Positions 23,812 through 37,900 of a stretch of DNA of 64,000 nucleotides are shown one piece after another. The DNA comes from Cyanidioschyzon merolae (Eukaryota). Every line of letters begins with the position of its first letter. The first letter of the stretch is position 1. The notes under the pieces are model-generated. The model worked only from the letters and a program-made list of their open reading frames with translations. It ran no database searches and had not been told where the DNA came from. A program made the translations under genes and the position numbers. Location of the stretch: the NCBI GenBank assembly GCA_000091205.1, contig AP006485.2. One strand, 5' to 3'.

Positions 23812-24733
23812 GCTAATCGATCCCAGCGCGTGTACGGTGCAGAGATCGTCGCGTCTTGAGCGGGCGTTTTGGCTCGCGGCGAACACGGTGCCTGGATCTG
23901 TTCGTCTCTGGTTGCAAAACCTGACTGAGCGCGTTGGCAGCCACAGTCGCGCAGGATGGCAACGACGTTTGATTAGTATGGGTACATGCGAGCCGAGCAT
24001 CCCTGGATGCAACGGCACATAAAGCGCGCTCACGAAATTCCGTTCGCGATGGGCGTCGTGTAACGCCGAGGCTCGATGCCGGTGCGATGAATGGGCTGCT
24101 TTGTAAAGTTTATTCCTTTTTGTGTAGTAATGATAGTATATGACGCATATGGTCCGCATCCGCGCACGCAACGTGTCCTTTCGTATGGCGTTCCGTGCGC
24201 GCACCGACACGACGGCACGGCCTGTCGTGCGCCGTCCGCTATATGCGCCAGTCTGAAGACGCTCACCTGTCCGGCGACCGTGTCATAGAGCAGCACACGA
24301 GGACACTGGCTCGGGGAAGAGCAACGACCCGTTGAGCACCCAACTATGGTCGAGGCATCATATATCAGATATCCTCTGCTGGCGTTGAGCGCAGGGCACG
24401 CACCAAACACGAAGCATGGGATTCGCGTGCCCCTGCGCCAGCATCCAGTTCGATCGAATACATGGTCACCAAAAGACACCGTGGTATATTATAGTCAAAA
24501 CCTATATATAACGGCATTTTTTGGCCATTTTATTGACATACTCAAGCTGCGCGTTCATGTCGCACATCGCCGCCGCCGCTGCCGCTGCCGTCGTCAATGT
24601 CCGGCTGTCGATCAAGAGCGCCAGCACTGCGCTGCGGTGCGCTGCCCAGCGAAGCGCGAACGTGTCTGTAGACACGTGCCGCGTTTTCGAGTCTTAGCGA
24701 CCTCGATCGGTCTAGGAACAGTTCAGGGGTGCT

Positions 24734-26320
24734 ATGCGTTTGTCAAGGATCTCTCGTGCGGTGGCGTTTTGCCTGCTTCCTCTGTTATTCGCAGCTGCAG
24801 TTTTGGCTGCGAAGAGTGGAGCGTCGGCTTCAGTGTCGCTGAACGAGAAAACGTTCGATAAGCAGATCAACGCGCACCGCATAGCGTTGGTCAAGTTTAT
24901 TGCCCCATGGTGTGGTCACTGCAAGCGAATGAAGGAAGACTGGGACGCAGCTGCGGTGGATTTGAGCGGACAGAAGGATCTTTTGGTTGCAGAGGTCGAC
25001 GCAACCGTGGAAACCAAGTTACGTGATCGTTTCGAGATTCGAGGGTTTCCGACCATTAAACTATTCGTGAACGGCAAGCCGGTTGCCGACTATAACGGTG
25101 AACGCACCAAAGACGCGCTGGTCAACTTTGTTCGTCGGCAAATGACACCTCCCGTCGTGGTTGTGAACAGTTCCGCACAAGTCTCCGCGTTGAATGTGGA
25201 TAAAGAGCGGGCTCGGGTGGTTGCCTATCTGCCAGAGACGCTCTCGGCAACAGAACGAGCAGCGCGGCTGACACAGCTCGAACAGGCAGCCCGAACTTTG
25301 CGCGAGCTCTTCCCAGACCTGATGTTTTACCAAACGAGTGACGTGGAGGCTGCCCACGCGCTCGGTGCAGACGCGCATCCAGCGCTCGCGAAGGATACGG
25401 CTGCTATCGTTGTGGCGCGGCCGCATACCGAGTCCGAGTCCGTTCAGGAGCGCGTGCATATTAAGGCATGGGATGCACCAGGTGCGGCAGGCACTCGACA
25501 GGACAAAACAGAGGACACGACGGAGCCACTGCAGCAGTTCATTCGGCTGCATGCGGTGCCACTCGTTGGCGAGATCTCCCAGGCAACTGCAGAGTTGTAC
25601 CAGGATATCGGGAACCCGTTGTTTATTATGTTCGACGATGCACCACACAAACCAGAGCAAAAGGGCGTGTCCATCATGAAGCAGATGGCGAAGAAGTATC
25701 GTTCGCGAATCAGTTTCGTGCTGGCGGACGCGGAGAAACTTGCACGATTTCGCGAATACATCGGGTGTACGGACGGCAGGCGTTTTGCGATCCATGTGCT
25801 TGGCGAGGATAGCAATTTCATTTACGACGGTGCAACCGACGAGGCGTCCATCGAAAAATTCATCTCGGATTATCTCGATGGTAAGCTGCAGCCGACGCTA
25901 CGCTCCGAGGAGCCTCCAGCAGAGAACACGGGTCCCGTACAGGTTGTTGTAGGCAAAACCTGGGATCAAATCGTCATGGACCCGGAGAAAGACGTCTTTG
26001 TGGAACAGTATGCTCCCTGGTGTGGACACTGTCGCAATCTGGAACCAGCATATGAAGAACTTGCACGCAAACTAGCACCAGTGAAAACCGTGGTCATCGC
26101 CAAGATGGATGCGACGAAAAACGATGCGCCTGGCGAGTACAAAGCTCGCGGTTTCCCGACGCTGCTCTTCTTCCCAGCAGGTTCGACAAAAAAATCCATT
26201 CGATATGAGGGTGATCGTTCCGTTGCGGACATGCTTTCGTTCATCCAGAAACATGCGACGCACAAGTTCACGCTCCCGAGCAGCGCGGACTCGATAGAAA
26301 CAGAAAAGGACGAATTATAA
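24734..26320 (+). CDS. PDI: protein disulfide isomerase (ER lumenal, two thioredoxin active sites)
   Basis: Track ORF of 528 aa. An N-terminal signal peptide MRLSRISRAVAFCLLPLLFAAAVLA is present. Two APWCGHC active sites flank b-type domains. The C-terminus ends in KDEL. Confidence 0.9.
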   Translation: MRLSRISRAVAFCLLPLLFAAAVLAAKSGASASVSLNEKTFDKQINAHRIALVKFIAPWCGHCKRMKEDWDAAAVDLSGQKDLLVAEVDATVETKLRDRFEIRGFPTIKLFVNGKPVADYNGERTKDALVNFVRRQMTPPVVVVNSSAQVSALNVDKERARVVAYLPETLSATERAARLTQLEQAARTLRELFPDLMFYQTSDVEAAHALGADAHPALAKDTAAIVVARPHTESESVQERVHIKAWDAPGAAGTRQDKTEDTTEPLQQFIRLHAVPLVGEISQATAELYQDIGNPLFIMFDDAPHKPEQKGVSIMKQMAKKYRSRISFVLADAEKLARFREYIGCTDGRRFAIHVLGEDSNFIYDGATDEASIEKFISDYLDGKLQPTLRSEEPPAENTGPVQVVVGKTWDQIVMDPEKDVFVEQYAPWCGHCRNLEPAYEELARKLAPVKTVVIAKMDATKNDAPGEYKARGFPTLLFFPAGSTKKSIRYEGDRSVADMLSFIQKHATHKFTLPSSADSIETEKDEL

Positions 26321-29300
26321 ACGGGTATCATTCGTGTTGCGTGCTCATTCCGGGTATGGTGCCGCGTCCGTCATGTGCTGGGCATATGGCACGTTTCCGT
26401 TCCAAGGAGCGTCTCTGGTACCGCGCAACGCTTCCTCTGAGCTGGAGGCATGCCGATGCACCTCGCAGAGAACCGCGAACGCCTCCTCGTGATGCTGTTG
26501 CAACAGCATCACAAGAATCACTGCACGGGACCTCACTCGAAACGTTGAGATGAGCGCATCGCGCCCCTACCCCGACGGTACGCTTTGGCGGTGCGACTTG
26601 TCGACTCCGACGCATCAGCGATGTGCGGCTCGGACAAGCACAACGGCGATGATAACGATGGTGCTGGTGATTCTGCAGCGCTACACGCGATGCGAGAAAG
26701 GCATCCGTTTGCCGACGCTGTCGATCGAGGATACGCAAAGCTGTCTCGAGTCGTGGAACCCCATGATCGTCGATTTGTTACCTCTGGGCATTGCCCGCGG
26801 TATGCATGTGGTGCTCTAGACTCTCCGGAATGCCCAGGTGTATGAAAGGAGAGCCCTGCTCAAGGCGAGCGTTGAATGCGCCCTCACCAGATCACGGATT
26901 CTAGACGTGCAAGTCCTCAGCGATGCGGTACAATGCCGAAAAGCGCACGTGACCCGATCACTTTGGACATTCGCTCGACAAATAGCCCGTAGACGCTGCA
27001 GTTGCACAAGACCTTTCCATATGTTGATCGAAGCATTCGAGTCTCGATACGATGAGCACTTGCATGCAATGGTGGTGGTGATGGGGGTTGTGCAACCACA
27101 CCCTTGCAAGCCTCCCAACAACAATGCTCGTACCGTACAGCAATCGGTACGTTTACCACCCACCATCTTATGTGCAAAATGGTCTGTTTCACGCGCTTCT
27201 TCTCGATCTGTATCCACATGCGTCCTTGCTCATGTCGCGGCAACTTCGTCATGAAATCGTCCACGGGTATTGTGTAGAAACGATTCCGGGACTCGTCGTA
27301 TGTCGCCTTCGAAGGAGCAGGCGTGCAGTCAGTTCGAAAAGCAGCATGTAGAGCGCATTAACCTTGCACCGGCAAACGCCTCAATGATCGGTCGTTGCCT
27401 TTGGCATTTCATGGAACAAGTCGGCGAGTACATGCTTGTAACCGGTTCGTTCAACCGTATCCGTTGGCGACGCCAGCGCGTTCTCATGAACGTCTGCGGG
27501 AGAGCGTTCGCATGCGCCAGTTGGACGCTTGTGGACTCTCTGAACAAGGCAGTCAACGCATCTCACGCTGCTCAGTACGATGCATGGAGCCTCGAAAGGG
27601 GTCCTGACGCTGCCGCTGCGCCACCGTTCTGTATGTCGTATGGCGCGCATCATGTCCGACTCTCAAAGAAACCTACCCGCTGGATAGCTGAGCATCCTCA
27701 TCTGCTATCCGCACATGTCCTGCGCTCCAGCCTTTTGAGCTGGAGGTACGTTTATGCCCACGAGGGACATCGCCTGGGATCCACGGTCACGATGAACGCA
27801 CTCGCGTTATCGCCCATGAGACATTGAGAAAGAGTCTCGGAGTTAATCTAGACCTAGGTTTTGCATAGTGCATGCAAGTAGATAGCATGGCGGTGTTTAT
27901 CGTTCGTGAGGATATCGTTACGTTTCCTCATTGGAAACGGCTGTCCTCGAACGAACTCTGCAGATGCCCTTGGCAACAGCGCTCGAGTACTTGATACCTG
28001 CGTCCAGCCATGACTTGTAGCTCAAAAAAGCGGCAATGCAGCACATTATAGAAAAGTCTGCAGGGATAACATCGGCCTCGATCTGACATATTGGAGCCAT
28101 ATCGAGTAGGCGCTGCTAGAATCGAGGGCGCTCAGATCCTTTCTGGATGTCTGTTTCAGCGTGGAGGACGCTGTTCAGGAAATTATATGAGCGCAAGGTG
28201 CACGACCGGCAGGTATTACGTCTTCGCAATCCCCTGTATGCAACGTCCATCAGTCCGAGGACGAGTTCGGCACACCAAGTTCGGACGATCCCACGCGACC
28301 GCTGCTCCCGTCACACAGGTTGCACCGAACGTGCACCAATCTCTTCCGCAACCACCAGGTCCTCGTTTGCAGCCATCAAGACCGAACGGGTCCCTTTTCC
28401 CGTGTGCCTACTTTCGAGGCCAATAAGGTGAGGTTACACCTGCTCCAGGATGCAGTTTGTGAATCGGTCGATACGGACCGGCATCGAGTTTTGGCTTGCA
28501 AGGTTGCCTCGAAACTTGTCAACGTGTGCGCTGTTGATGTTCAGGTCATCCATGTGGCACGACTACTCGTCAAAATATTCTGGGAGGCGTGTGTGCGCTC
28601 GTCTTTGATGTTACGATCAGTACTCCATGCATTTTCGGTGCCGTACCTCAGTTTTGTTGCCGCACAGATGTTCGATCGAACAATGCCAATGCCATGCGGA
28701 CAGCGGGGCGTTCTGCGTCTAGAAATGCCAACGGAAGATAGCTTGACGAGGTGCCTGATGGAACGAGACGCTAGACGAGGCTTCTTTGAGCCAAGAGCTA
28801 CGCGAACTGTCATGATGCCCGGGAGCTCGCTTTTGCGGAGATCCACGCGTTTGACATGTTTCGCTAGGGATGCGTCGACAATGGTTTCAGACTGAAACCC
28901 ACATTCCGATCGTTGCTCTTTTCTGTTCCTTCTTGTCCTCTTTGTCTGATGTATTCTTCTCCTTCCCTATCTATGATCTTGCGGGCTAGCATCCATGCGG
29001 TCAATGTAATCTGTATCCGTTTACTCCCGAAGGATGCACGCGGCCTGTATGGATACTGAAGCTGCTACGCACCTTCTCTACGCACTTGCACAGCATTCCA
29101 CGAGGGCCTTCTCGTTACAGTCTCCATCGCGAGCTGGTCCACAGTCCGAAGCGAGCCTCTCAGCTCCCTCTCGTGCAAGAGCAGAGAACCAACAGACAGG
29201 TTCAGGCCAGGTGAATGTCGTAGAAAACGATTCTTTGCGGATGCGAAGGGCTCCTCTATTGATCCGAACTGGTAAGCATCGCGTTCGACAACCGAGAAGA

Positions 29301-30340
29301 CGCCCCTCGACCGTATTGTAGCGGGTACAAGACGCTCGCCTGAAGAGCAGCTCCATACCAGTCTCAGTCGCGTACTTGCTGGCCTTTTCTGAGCGATGTA
29401 CAGCGATTTTGACCTTGTGCAGGACAGAGCAATACGACTGGGAGAATTTCCAAAATACCTCGACAAGTCATGAGGTATTGAACGACCCCGTCCTTTCGGC
29501 AATTTCTAGGCGACCGCACTTGACAGCATCAGCGCTGGGCCTGATGTCGTCGGAGAGCTCGCCTGCAACTTGGTAACGCATACAAAAGTGCGCTTATTTG
29601 AGTACCCGTATTCGGGACTACCATTCCTCCCAAATCAAGTTTCTTCGAGTGAGATGCATACACGTCCATCCTGGAGCAAGCCTTCACCCTGTCGTATAAA
29701 ATCGATGGTGGGTGGTTCAATGCGCGAGTCGCTCTCCCAGAGAAGCCCTCGTTTGTCTGCATCTATGCGGACCTTTTCATGGCCTGTTGTATTGAGGGCA
29801 TTCAATTCAACAGCTTGTATCCTCTATGGATGTATTTCTAGAAGACCGTGTAGAGTAGCACGGCTTCTCGCGGAGGCAGTCGTATCCATGTAGATTGACG
29901 TGTTCTGTTTCGGGTGCATGTTGCTCATGGTAACGATTACAAGAATTATGTCTGATGCACCTGCTTGTCATAGATCACCTGACTTGGACAATGGTAACCG
30001 TTTGTTACGCAGCCCAGCAGACACCTGCATCAATGCTCTCACCGCGGCTTGTCACCAGTCCATAGGATACACGGCGTTCGCTGAAGATCTGCAACAAGAA
30101 TACACGAATTAGACTACACTGGACCAATATTCCAGAATGCATCGCGCTGAGCATACCCGTCCATAGAGTGCAACAGCGCTGATGCGCACGAGGAGCCTCG
30201 ATATCACCCACGAACGCTCGAAAGTTTTACCTAGTCAGTAAACATACGTCATTCCCGAAGACGCATATCGGTTGTGCGCTCATGTCGTTCCAGCGCCAGT
30301 GTCCTCGTCCCGATTCAGCATTTGGTGGTGTTTTGTGCGA

Positions 30341-30509
30341 TCACTGTGACGCCGAATTGGACTCTTGATGCTGCTTTCTCCTTTGAGCAAACCGAGCTTC
30401 TAAGTACGCCCGCACTGTCTCCCGATCACCACCTCGTAGCACGATTTCGCGGGCAGTCAGAGGTTCGGACGCCAGCGTCGTCGAAGCGCTTTGGCCATCG
30501 CTTGCAGGT

Positions 30510-30540
<31 letters not shown>

Positions 30541-32350
30541 TATTGGCGGCATTCATGGTGCTGCTGGTTTTCGATGCTCCACTTGCTGCTGCACGCGTTC
30601 CAGTCGTCCGGTTGCGCATGCGCAAGGTAGACTTGGCAATTCTTTGCGTGGCGAGCCTCTGCAGCAGCAGCTTCCGCTGGGCTGGTGTGAGGCTCGAGGA
30701 AGCCTCCGTGCTCCGCTCTTTTGGTGCGCACGCCTCCGGCTCAGTACGCGTCGATCCGGGAGCACCGAGCGCAGCGAACGACGACTGCAACTCGTTTTCT
30801 TCAGCGTCAGTGGACGACAACTGCGAGTCCTCCGCATCCGTGTCAGTCTTGTGCAATTCATCGAGCGGATACGGAAGCCCCAGGTACTCCGTAGAGCGAC
30901 GTGACGGCACGAAAAGAATGACAGAGAATTCGTCGGATCCCTCGTTGGCAGCCTGCGCCATCCGATGCAAGACATCCTCGAGCGTACCTACATCGACTTC
31001 GCATTCTTCGGGCACTTCATCCGGTGGCACCGGCACGCCAACGTTGAACTCGACGTCCGGGTGCTCGATTTGTCGACCGCTTTGCATTGCCTCTTCGGCA
31101 GTTAGACGGAGCTCACGCCATGCAAAGTCCAGATCATTCTTATCGAAGAAGAGCGGCACGCGCTGGCGATAATTCTGGAGTACCGTTAAACCCTTGGCTT
31201 GGAAAATCGGAATCCCGTTGAAATTCTCGACTGTAATTTCATCCAGTTCATTGTTTCCGGTATGGTCATCGGATTCGGGATTCTCCCGTAAGGCTTTCTC
31301 TTGTGCCCGCCACAGATGTACCGCCGTCTTGACGGCCTCGAGTGATGGACGAAACTGGAACGTATGCGTCGAGCGATAGCATGCCGATATGCCTGCGGCG
31401 GCACCGTCCTTGAGCCCGCGACGCAACGTCCGCTCGAAGCGCTCTCGCTGAGTATCCGCCACTAGGCGCAGGGCACGTGGAAGGTCAACGGATACGATTT
31501 GGGCTCGCATGCCGAGCTGCTCATCCTCCGACCGTATCCACTCAAGGGTTTCCTTAACGTCGTCCACATCGAAATAGAAGGAGCATACCTGCTCACCGTC
31601 CTCATCGGTGAGGAAAAACGGCTGCCCGAGCTCGTCGGTGATGGTGAATACCGGGCAGTTACGAAGAAGGCCCAGCGCTGGCTCCGGCGGAAGCACGAAC
31701 ATCGCCGCCTGCAGGTCACAGAGTAACGCAGCGAACACCGCCACAGTCTCGATCTCTTGCAGTGCCGGAGGCTTGGGCGGTAACGACTCGGGCACTGGTG
31801 GCTTCGAGTTCGCAAGTGCGGACGCATTGTTCTCCAGCTTCTCATACGCGGCAATAATAGCATCCGCATCACAGCCGTCACGGAGGAGTTCCTTTTTCCA
31901 CTGCTCTTGCGCAAGCTGTTGTGCAGTCTGTAGGGCATCAGCGGCGGCCTCGAGGTTGCCCAGATGAAGCAGCGACTGTCCGCGGCGACGATGCGCTTTT
32001 GCCCACTGCGGCCGCAGCGCAACGCATCGATTGGCGTCGTCCAGCGCTTCCTGGAAACGCAGCAAGTTGTACAGTGCTGCCGCCCGGTTCGATAGAAGCA
32101 GCGCCTCTGTCTCTTCCAGTTTCGAAGTATCCGCTCCGTGCACTGTAGAACGCAAACGCTCGATGCTGTCCAACGCGCGGGTATAGCACCGCACGGCCTT
32201 GCCGCTAGCGCCCCGCTTCAGGAACGTGTTACCCTGCTGACGTAGACTCTCTATGCTTCGAAGAGAACTTTCAAGAGAAACAGCACGTCCCGGACTGCAA
32301 CTCTGCTCAACGGAGTGCACACTACCATCGCTTGCGTCCGACTCAACCAT
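30341..32350 (-). CDS. tetratricopeptide-repeat protein
   Basis: Track ORF 30341..32398. TPR helices read AVRCYTRALDSIERL...LLSNRAAALYNLLRFQEALDDANRCVALRPQWAKAHRRRGQSLLHLGNLEAAADALQTA. The start is placed at the internal ATG 32350 (MVESD...), because the first 16 codons are the translation of the (AC)n tract. Confidence 0.55.
30511..30537. repeat. (CAG)9 microsatellite inside the TPR-protein CDS (poly-Ala on the minus-strand frame)
   Basis: Direct run seen in the sequence. Confidence 0.75.
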
Positions 32351-32364
32351 GGACACAGACGCAA

Positions 32365-32385
32365 ACACACACACACACACACACA
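32365..32385. repeat. (AC)~10 dinucleotide microsatellite immediately 5' of the TPR gene start
   Basis: Direct run acacacac... seen in the sequence. Confidence 0.8.
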
Positions 32386-33006
32386 AGTGGACGGCCACAG
32401 TGAACGAAACCTCGTCTAGGTATTAAAAACCGTAGTTCCCCGCTTTGACACCGGGTCCCACGCGCTCTTGCCTCACAATTCGAAAAGAACTGGCCCAGCC
32501 TGCCCGGATAATCGCTTACCAAACGTCCGTGGACCGAAAAAGCGCACCAGGCACACGACACCCCTGGGCACAAGAAGCGTACACCTCTACGCTGTTGCAC
32601 GTGGTACCCCGGTACAGGATCGACACCGTCGCCGATGCGCAGAGCGCAGATTGCGGCGGCGTCTCGTGGCGACGTCGACTTCGACGGCGCCGTCGACGTG
32701 ATGATGAGGATCACCATGAGGGTAAATAGGGTAAAGAGGGTTGTGATGATCATGATCAACATGATGCTTGTGGTGATCATGGCAGCGATCGATGCTCTGG
32801 GGCTGCTCCCTGGTGTCCGAGAAGTGCGATGGGATCCGAAACGCGCGCGGATGCCGTATGGATAGAAGCACAGTGCATATTGTGGATCGGTAAGTAGGAA
32901 GCGGCTGAGGAGCATGGTACACGACCTCTGAACGGTATTGTAGTTGGCGACTGGGGCGCTGGCTACGCAGACGAGTATCTCGAGGGAACTCCTGATGGGG
33001 TAAACC

Positions 33007-33279
33007 GGGGCGACACTGATCATTAAGGAGAAATGGGTCTTTGGTAGGTACCGGTCTATACGATTGTGGGGCGATGCTGATCATTCAGGAGAAATGGGTC
33101 TTTGGTAGGTAACGGTCTATACGATTGTGGGGCGACACTGAACATTAGGGAGAAATGGGTCTTTGGTAGGTAACGGTCTATACGATTGTGGGGCGATGCT
33201 GATCATTCAGGAGAAATGGGTCTTTGGTAGGTAACGGCCTATACGATTGTGGGGCGACACTGAACATTAGGGAGAAATG
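33007..33279. repeat. 61-bp tandem repeat x~4.5, ~650 bp upstream of the TPR gene
   Basis: The unit ggggcga(c/t)(a/g)ctga(t/a)cattaaggagaaatgggtctttggtaggta(a/c)cggtctatacgattgt starts at 33007, 33068, 33129, 33190 and 33250. Confidence 0.85.
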
Positions 33280-34909
33280 ACAATGTGGTGGCAAGCAGGC
33301 TAGCTAGAAAGCTACCTTCAACAAAGCACATTCGTCGACTGAGCGCAATCTACCCGAGTCGCTGCTTACCGATACCTTATCCGACATCCTTAATCTACGT
33401 ACGACTTCTTAACGGTCTGGTACAACGGCGCTGGAGCTATTCGTTGATCATGGTGGTGCATCCACAGGAACCGTCGCAAGCACCCGCGGCCAGTGCAGTG
33501 TACGCGCGGTCACTAGATGGACCAAGCTTCTGTTCCTGGGAAAACATCGTGCTACACTCGTGGAATATGAATGCTACTGCGAAGCAACGCAAGTGCCTTC
33601 AACGAAGACGCGCAGCGTATGCGCATCTGCGCTAGTCGCTTATACCCATCCGACACCGGGAAATCCAGAATGTTCAGTGCTTTATCGTAGTGAGAACATG
33701 CAATAGACGCACATCTACGAGTATCCAGCTGACGGGTTGCGCCTGTGTCCTGCACGGGCACCTGACACTGCAGAGGACTCGCGGGTATATTCGCATGCCT
33801 TCATGAATGCGAGTCAGTAAACCGCAGTGCACTGCTTGTCTGGTACGCAGAGCGAGAAACGCTCTAGAAACCGGTGCAACCATGGACTCCGCTCCAGCTA
33901 CCAGCAGGCTACCTTCAAAGTAAACAGTTTCTTCCACGTCCGAGTTTTGGCTTTGCTGGACCCCACCGAGCGCTTCCGTAAACCGCTTATGTGCTGTATG
34001 AGCAGTGAATGGCTAGTCCCAGCTACCGGGGAAAGCGTCGACGCTTTTCACTTGTCTACGTGCAAGCTCATTCAGTACCCTGGAACGATAGGCGTCTAGC
34101 ATGTTGCACACTGCACCAAAGATAGCACTTCCAGTCCCTTTTAGAGCGTTTTTCACGTGCCACGAGGCAGCAGACTCTTGCACCGAATACGCATTCTGCA
34201 GGGCCATGTCGATAGGGCGCGTGTCGCCCGAAAAACGTCGCTCGTTCCATAGAACGCGTCGCATGCCGATTGTTTACCTGTACTTGTTGTTGAACGTGTA
34301 AACACAGCAGTGCACACGCGTTTCCCGAGCACACACACCGAAGCGTTCCGCACCGCTGGCTGGGCCCGGAGGTAGCCCTACTGCCACAGCGACTGCGATC
34401 GGGAGGTTTCGTCGACGCTCCATTCGGGGTGTGAATCATATCGCCCCCGAGGCACTCTTCTGGGTGTACTGGTGCACTCGCAGCCAGCACCAGAGCTCAA
34501 GACTGACGACGAGCCATCATATCCGGTTGCCGGTAATGATCCAAGTTCGACACATGAGGGCCAGGCACCTTCGACGATGCACGCTAGGTGGCGTCCCGGG
34601 CTACAGCGGTGCAAAAGAGCACCGCATCCGCAGACCTGCAAGCCAACGAGTACCCGGAATACCTATCGTGTGTGCAGGTTGCGGGGCATGAGCCGGCACC
34701 TACGAAACGGAAGCATCCACACTGACTCTACACGACGCAGCCGGATGACGCTCGCACACAGGCCCGGGGCACATTCACCTGCCTCCGGCTGACAGAGACT
34801 ATTGGAGGCGGACCCTTCAGATGCCTCTGTATTGCAGGCAGCGAGTCACATACGCCACGGAGGTCTCATGACCCGGCATACCTGCGTTGCGTGCTGCCGC
34901 AGGCAACGT

Positions 34910-37900
34910 TCACGAGTCCGGATACAGCAGCAGCTTTCGTAGATCCGCATCTACGCATGATGGTGATGATAATGCTTCGACGGCATTGTGGGCGAACGAC
35001 TGCAAGGCCAACGTCGCTGCTTCTTCTGTTCCAGATTCGTCGTCATCCCACTGAATAAGCGAATCCGAGTCTGCCGCTGGCACAGTGGCATCGATCGTGG
35101 CGCTAATGGTCGCAGCTACCGGCTCATCGTCCAGCAGCGTCGTTTCGGTGCTCGCTTTCGACGGCTCTGTGGCGATACCGCCGGGATGCGTCTGCGTCCG
35201 CACCAAATGCCGCGCTCGTGGTGATGCCGTCTTACCTGAGCCGAGTCTCCTGAGGCCACGCGCCAGAAGGCGTAGTCCAAGCGCTCCCGCGGTGCGAGCC
35301 ATGGCGCCTGCTGCTGGCTGCGCAACAACGCGCTTCCCTGTCTCCACACTGACCCGTTCCGCCGCCGATACCGCGCTGTAGGCTCCGTAGGAGAACCGGC
35401 GAGCGGTGCTGCGTCCCGCCATAAGGTTGCTGTACATCTCCTTGAGGTGCGTAACCGGCGATCTTGTAGCCGTCAATGGTGCACCAATGACGTCGAGGGA
35501 GCCCAACAGCTTGTACCATTGGTTGAGGATACTGCGCGTCCAGCGCGTCCACACCATTGCCGATAACTCATCGGGACTTGCGAGCGCGTGCCGACGCAGC
35601 TCCAAACCTGCCAGCTGGAGACTCGCCTGATCGATGGACGGGATGCTCGCAAAGCGTTCCAACGTAGAGAGGTATGCGGCTCGTGCCAACAGCGATGCAG
35701 CCTCGAGCTGCGCTTCAGAGATCTGTGTTTGCCGTCCGCGTTGGAACGATAAGAGCACCTCCACGGGTGTCAGCTGCAGGTACGCAAGTACCAACCAACT
35801 GATGCCTCGACTTCCGTCACGTGGTGGCGAGCCAGCACCGGCCTTGGGCATCCAGACAAGGTCGTCGATCGGTGAGCGGCCTGAGCGGTCGCTTGCAGCA
35901 TCTGCGGTATCACCAGATGTCGATTCCGACGCTGCGTCATGGTGCACAGCCCAGTCGTGTGCACAGGCCGTAGCCAAAGCAGCCAGCTGCGCCATCAGTA
36001 CCGCATCCAGTTGGAGCTGAACCCCAGCGACCAGAACTCGCAGCGGCGCGCACTCGCGCTCTCCAAAACGCTGACGAAGGACGAGTTCCGCCTCCAAAGC
36101 CATGAGTTCTGCTGACGCTGCGCTCTTGTCTTCACCAGTGGCGGCAGTGGCCCCGCTGTGCAACACCACCGGAAATGGCGTTGTGGGCTCCTCATTGCGC
36201 AACTCGATTCGTTGCAACGACACCTGCACATGGGTGCGTGTGTGCATCCCTACATCCACGTCAGCCGCTAGCTGCAAGTTGTTCAGGAGAATTTGGCATC
36301 GGGCACCACCGGCAGCCGCAGTAGCGTGCACCTGGATGGCTAGTTCCGGCACCAGCACAAACAGATGAAGGCGCTGGATGCCCACCGGGGCCAGCACCGG
36401 CGCCTCCTCACCACCGAATGCCTCGGAAATGGGTACCTCAGCAGCGTCCGCTGTCGAGTCGGCCCGGAACACCAACACGCGCTGCGTCGGTGTTGCGCGC
36501 ATCTGCACCCAAAGCACCGCGGGAGGTGCCCCAGTGCCCGTTGTATCCGCAACCAGACGACGCTGCCAGGCCTGTTGCTGCAACTCCGGCTGCAGCATGG
36601 ATCGTTGCGAGCCTATCCAGGCATCCTCGTTGTCGCTGGCGTTATCGTGAACGTCAGCAGCAGGATCCGGCACCGGCACCGGCACCGGCACCGCCATCGT
36701 ATCCGGATCCTCCTCGGAAGCATCCAAGAAGGCCGCCTCCAGACTCGGTAGGAAGAAACATTGCACAGGATCCGCGTCTATGCGCATCACACAGAGCGTA
36801 TGCTCCGCAAGCGGCTCACAGAAAGCGAATCCGACGGATGTTCGTGGTGGTGCCCAGGTCAACCGCTGCCGCTGGTCTGCTAACAGCTGCAGCGCCTGAA
36901 CACGATCCTTCGCCTGTGTAAAGCAGAGCAGGCCTGGAGTCTCATTCACCAGCCGGAAGGGTACAGCGTTTGCCGGCGTCTTCTGAAACCGTATCACTTG
37001 ACAACCATTCCGCTCTAGAAAAGCTTGTACGGTTAGGTATCCGGGTAGGCCGTCAGCGACATCCACCACAAAGCTTCCCGTAATCGCCAACGGCAAGACA
37101 CCAGACCAAACGAGTGGTGTTTCAACGCGCGGTGACGACTCGAGCGACTTGCTGCCTGCAGGCGAGACGCCCGCATCTGTGCAACGTTGTTGCTGTTGTC
37201 GCTCGAGCGGCTTTCGAGCTAGACGAATCTGCAATGCAGCACTATCTGCAGGTGCCTTCTCCCGTGTGATCGCGTTACCCTCGATATCGCGACCTGCGTA
37301 CACCGGGAACAGGAATGGTTGCAGGCCGCCAGGTGCTATCTCCAGCGTGGATGCCGCGTCGTCGGTATCGACTGGCGAGTGCGACCGACGTACCAGGAGC
37401 TTGGTGTCCGTCAACTCATTCACCAGCACCAGCTCGGGACGAAGTGCAAACACACGGGCTCTACCGATGCCACTGGTGTTATCAAAAGTGCTGCGGCGGT
37501 TGCGCGGGGCTTTCACGGGCACCCCCTCCACATCTTCATACCACCGGGCGCGTTCCAGTTGTTCCGCTTCGTAACTGGACGCAAACGAGAGCACCAGAGG
37601 TATACCTTGGAGCCGCAGAAAGTAACCCTGTGCGGTCACCAGCTCCAGACGAACAGGTTCGCGCCACCCAAACAGGCGGCAACAGGGCGTCCGCAGAAAT
37701 CCCGCCTGTTGGGGTTCCAGCATCACCGGATGCGGCTGGTATCGCTCGAACTCCGGCATCTGGCCACTTTCCTGGATCTGAACGGTCAATCCAGGTACCA
37801 TATTGAACACAGTATAGACCGCTGTGATCAGTAATGTTGCATTCCGCGTCAAACGCCCAAGATAACAGGACGCTTCGACGTAGCCATAACGGGTATCGAG

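Noticed and set aside
26330-30340. Searched the 4-kb track gap for a hidden gene
   Set aside because: ORFs there (e.g. 27270..27827, 28320..28895) show no motif I recognise and the composition shifts to AT-richer. I could not support a call. A gene with introns cannot be excluded.
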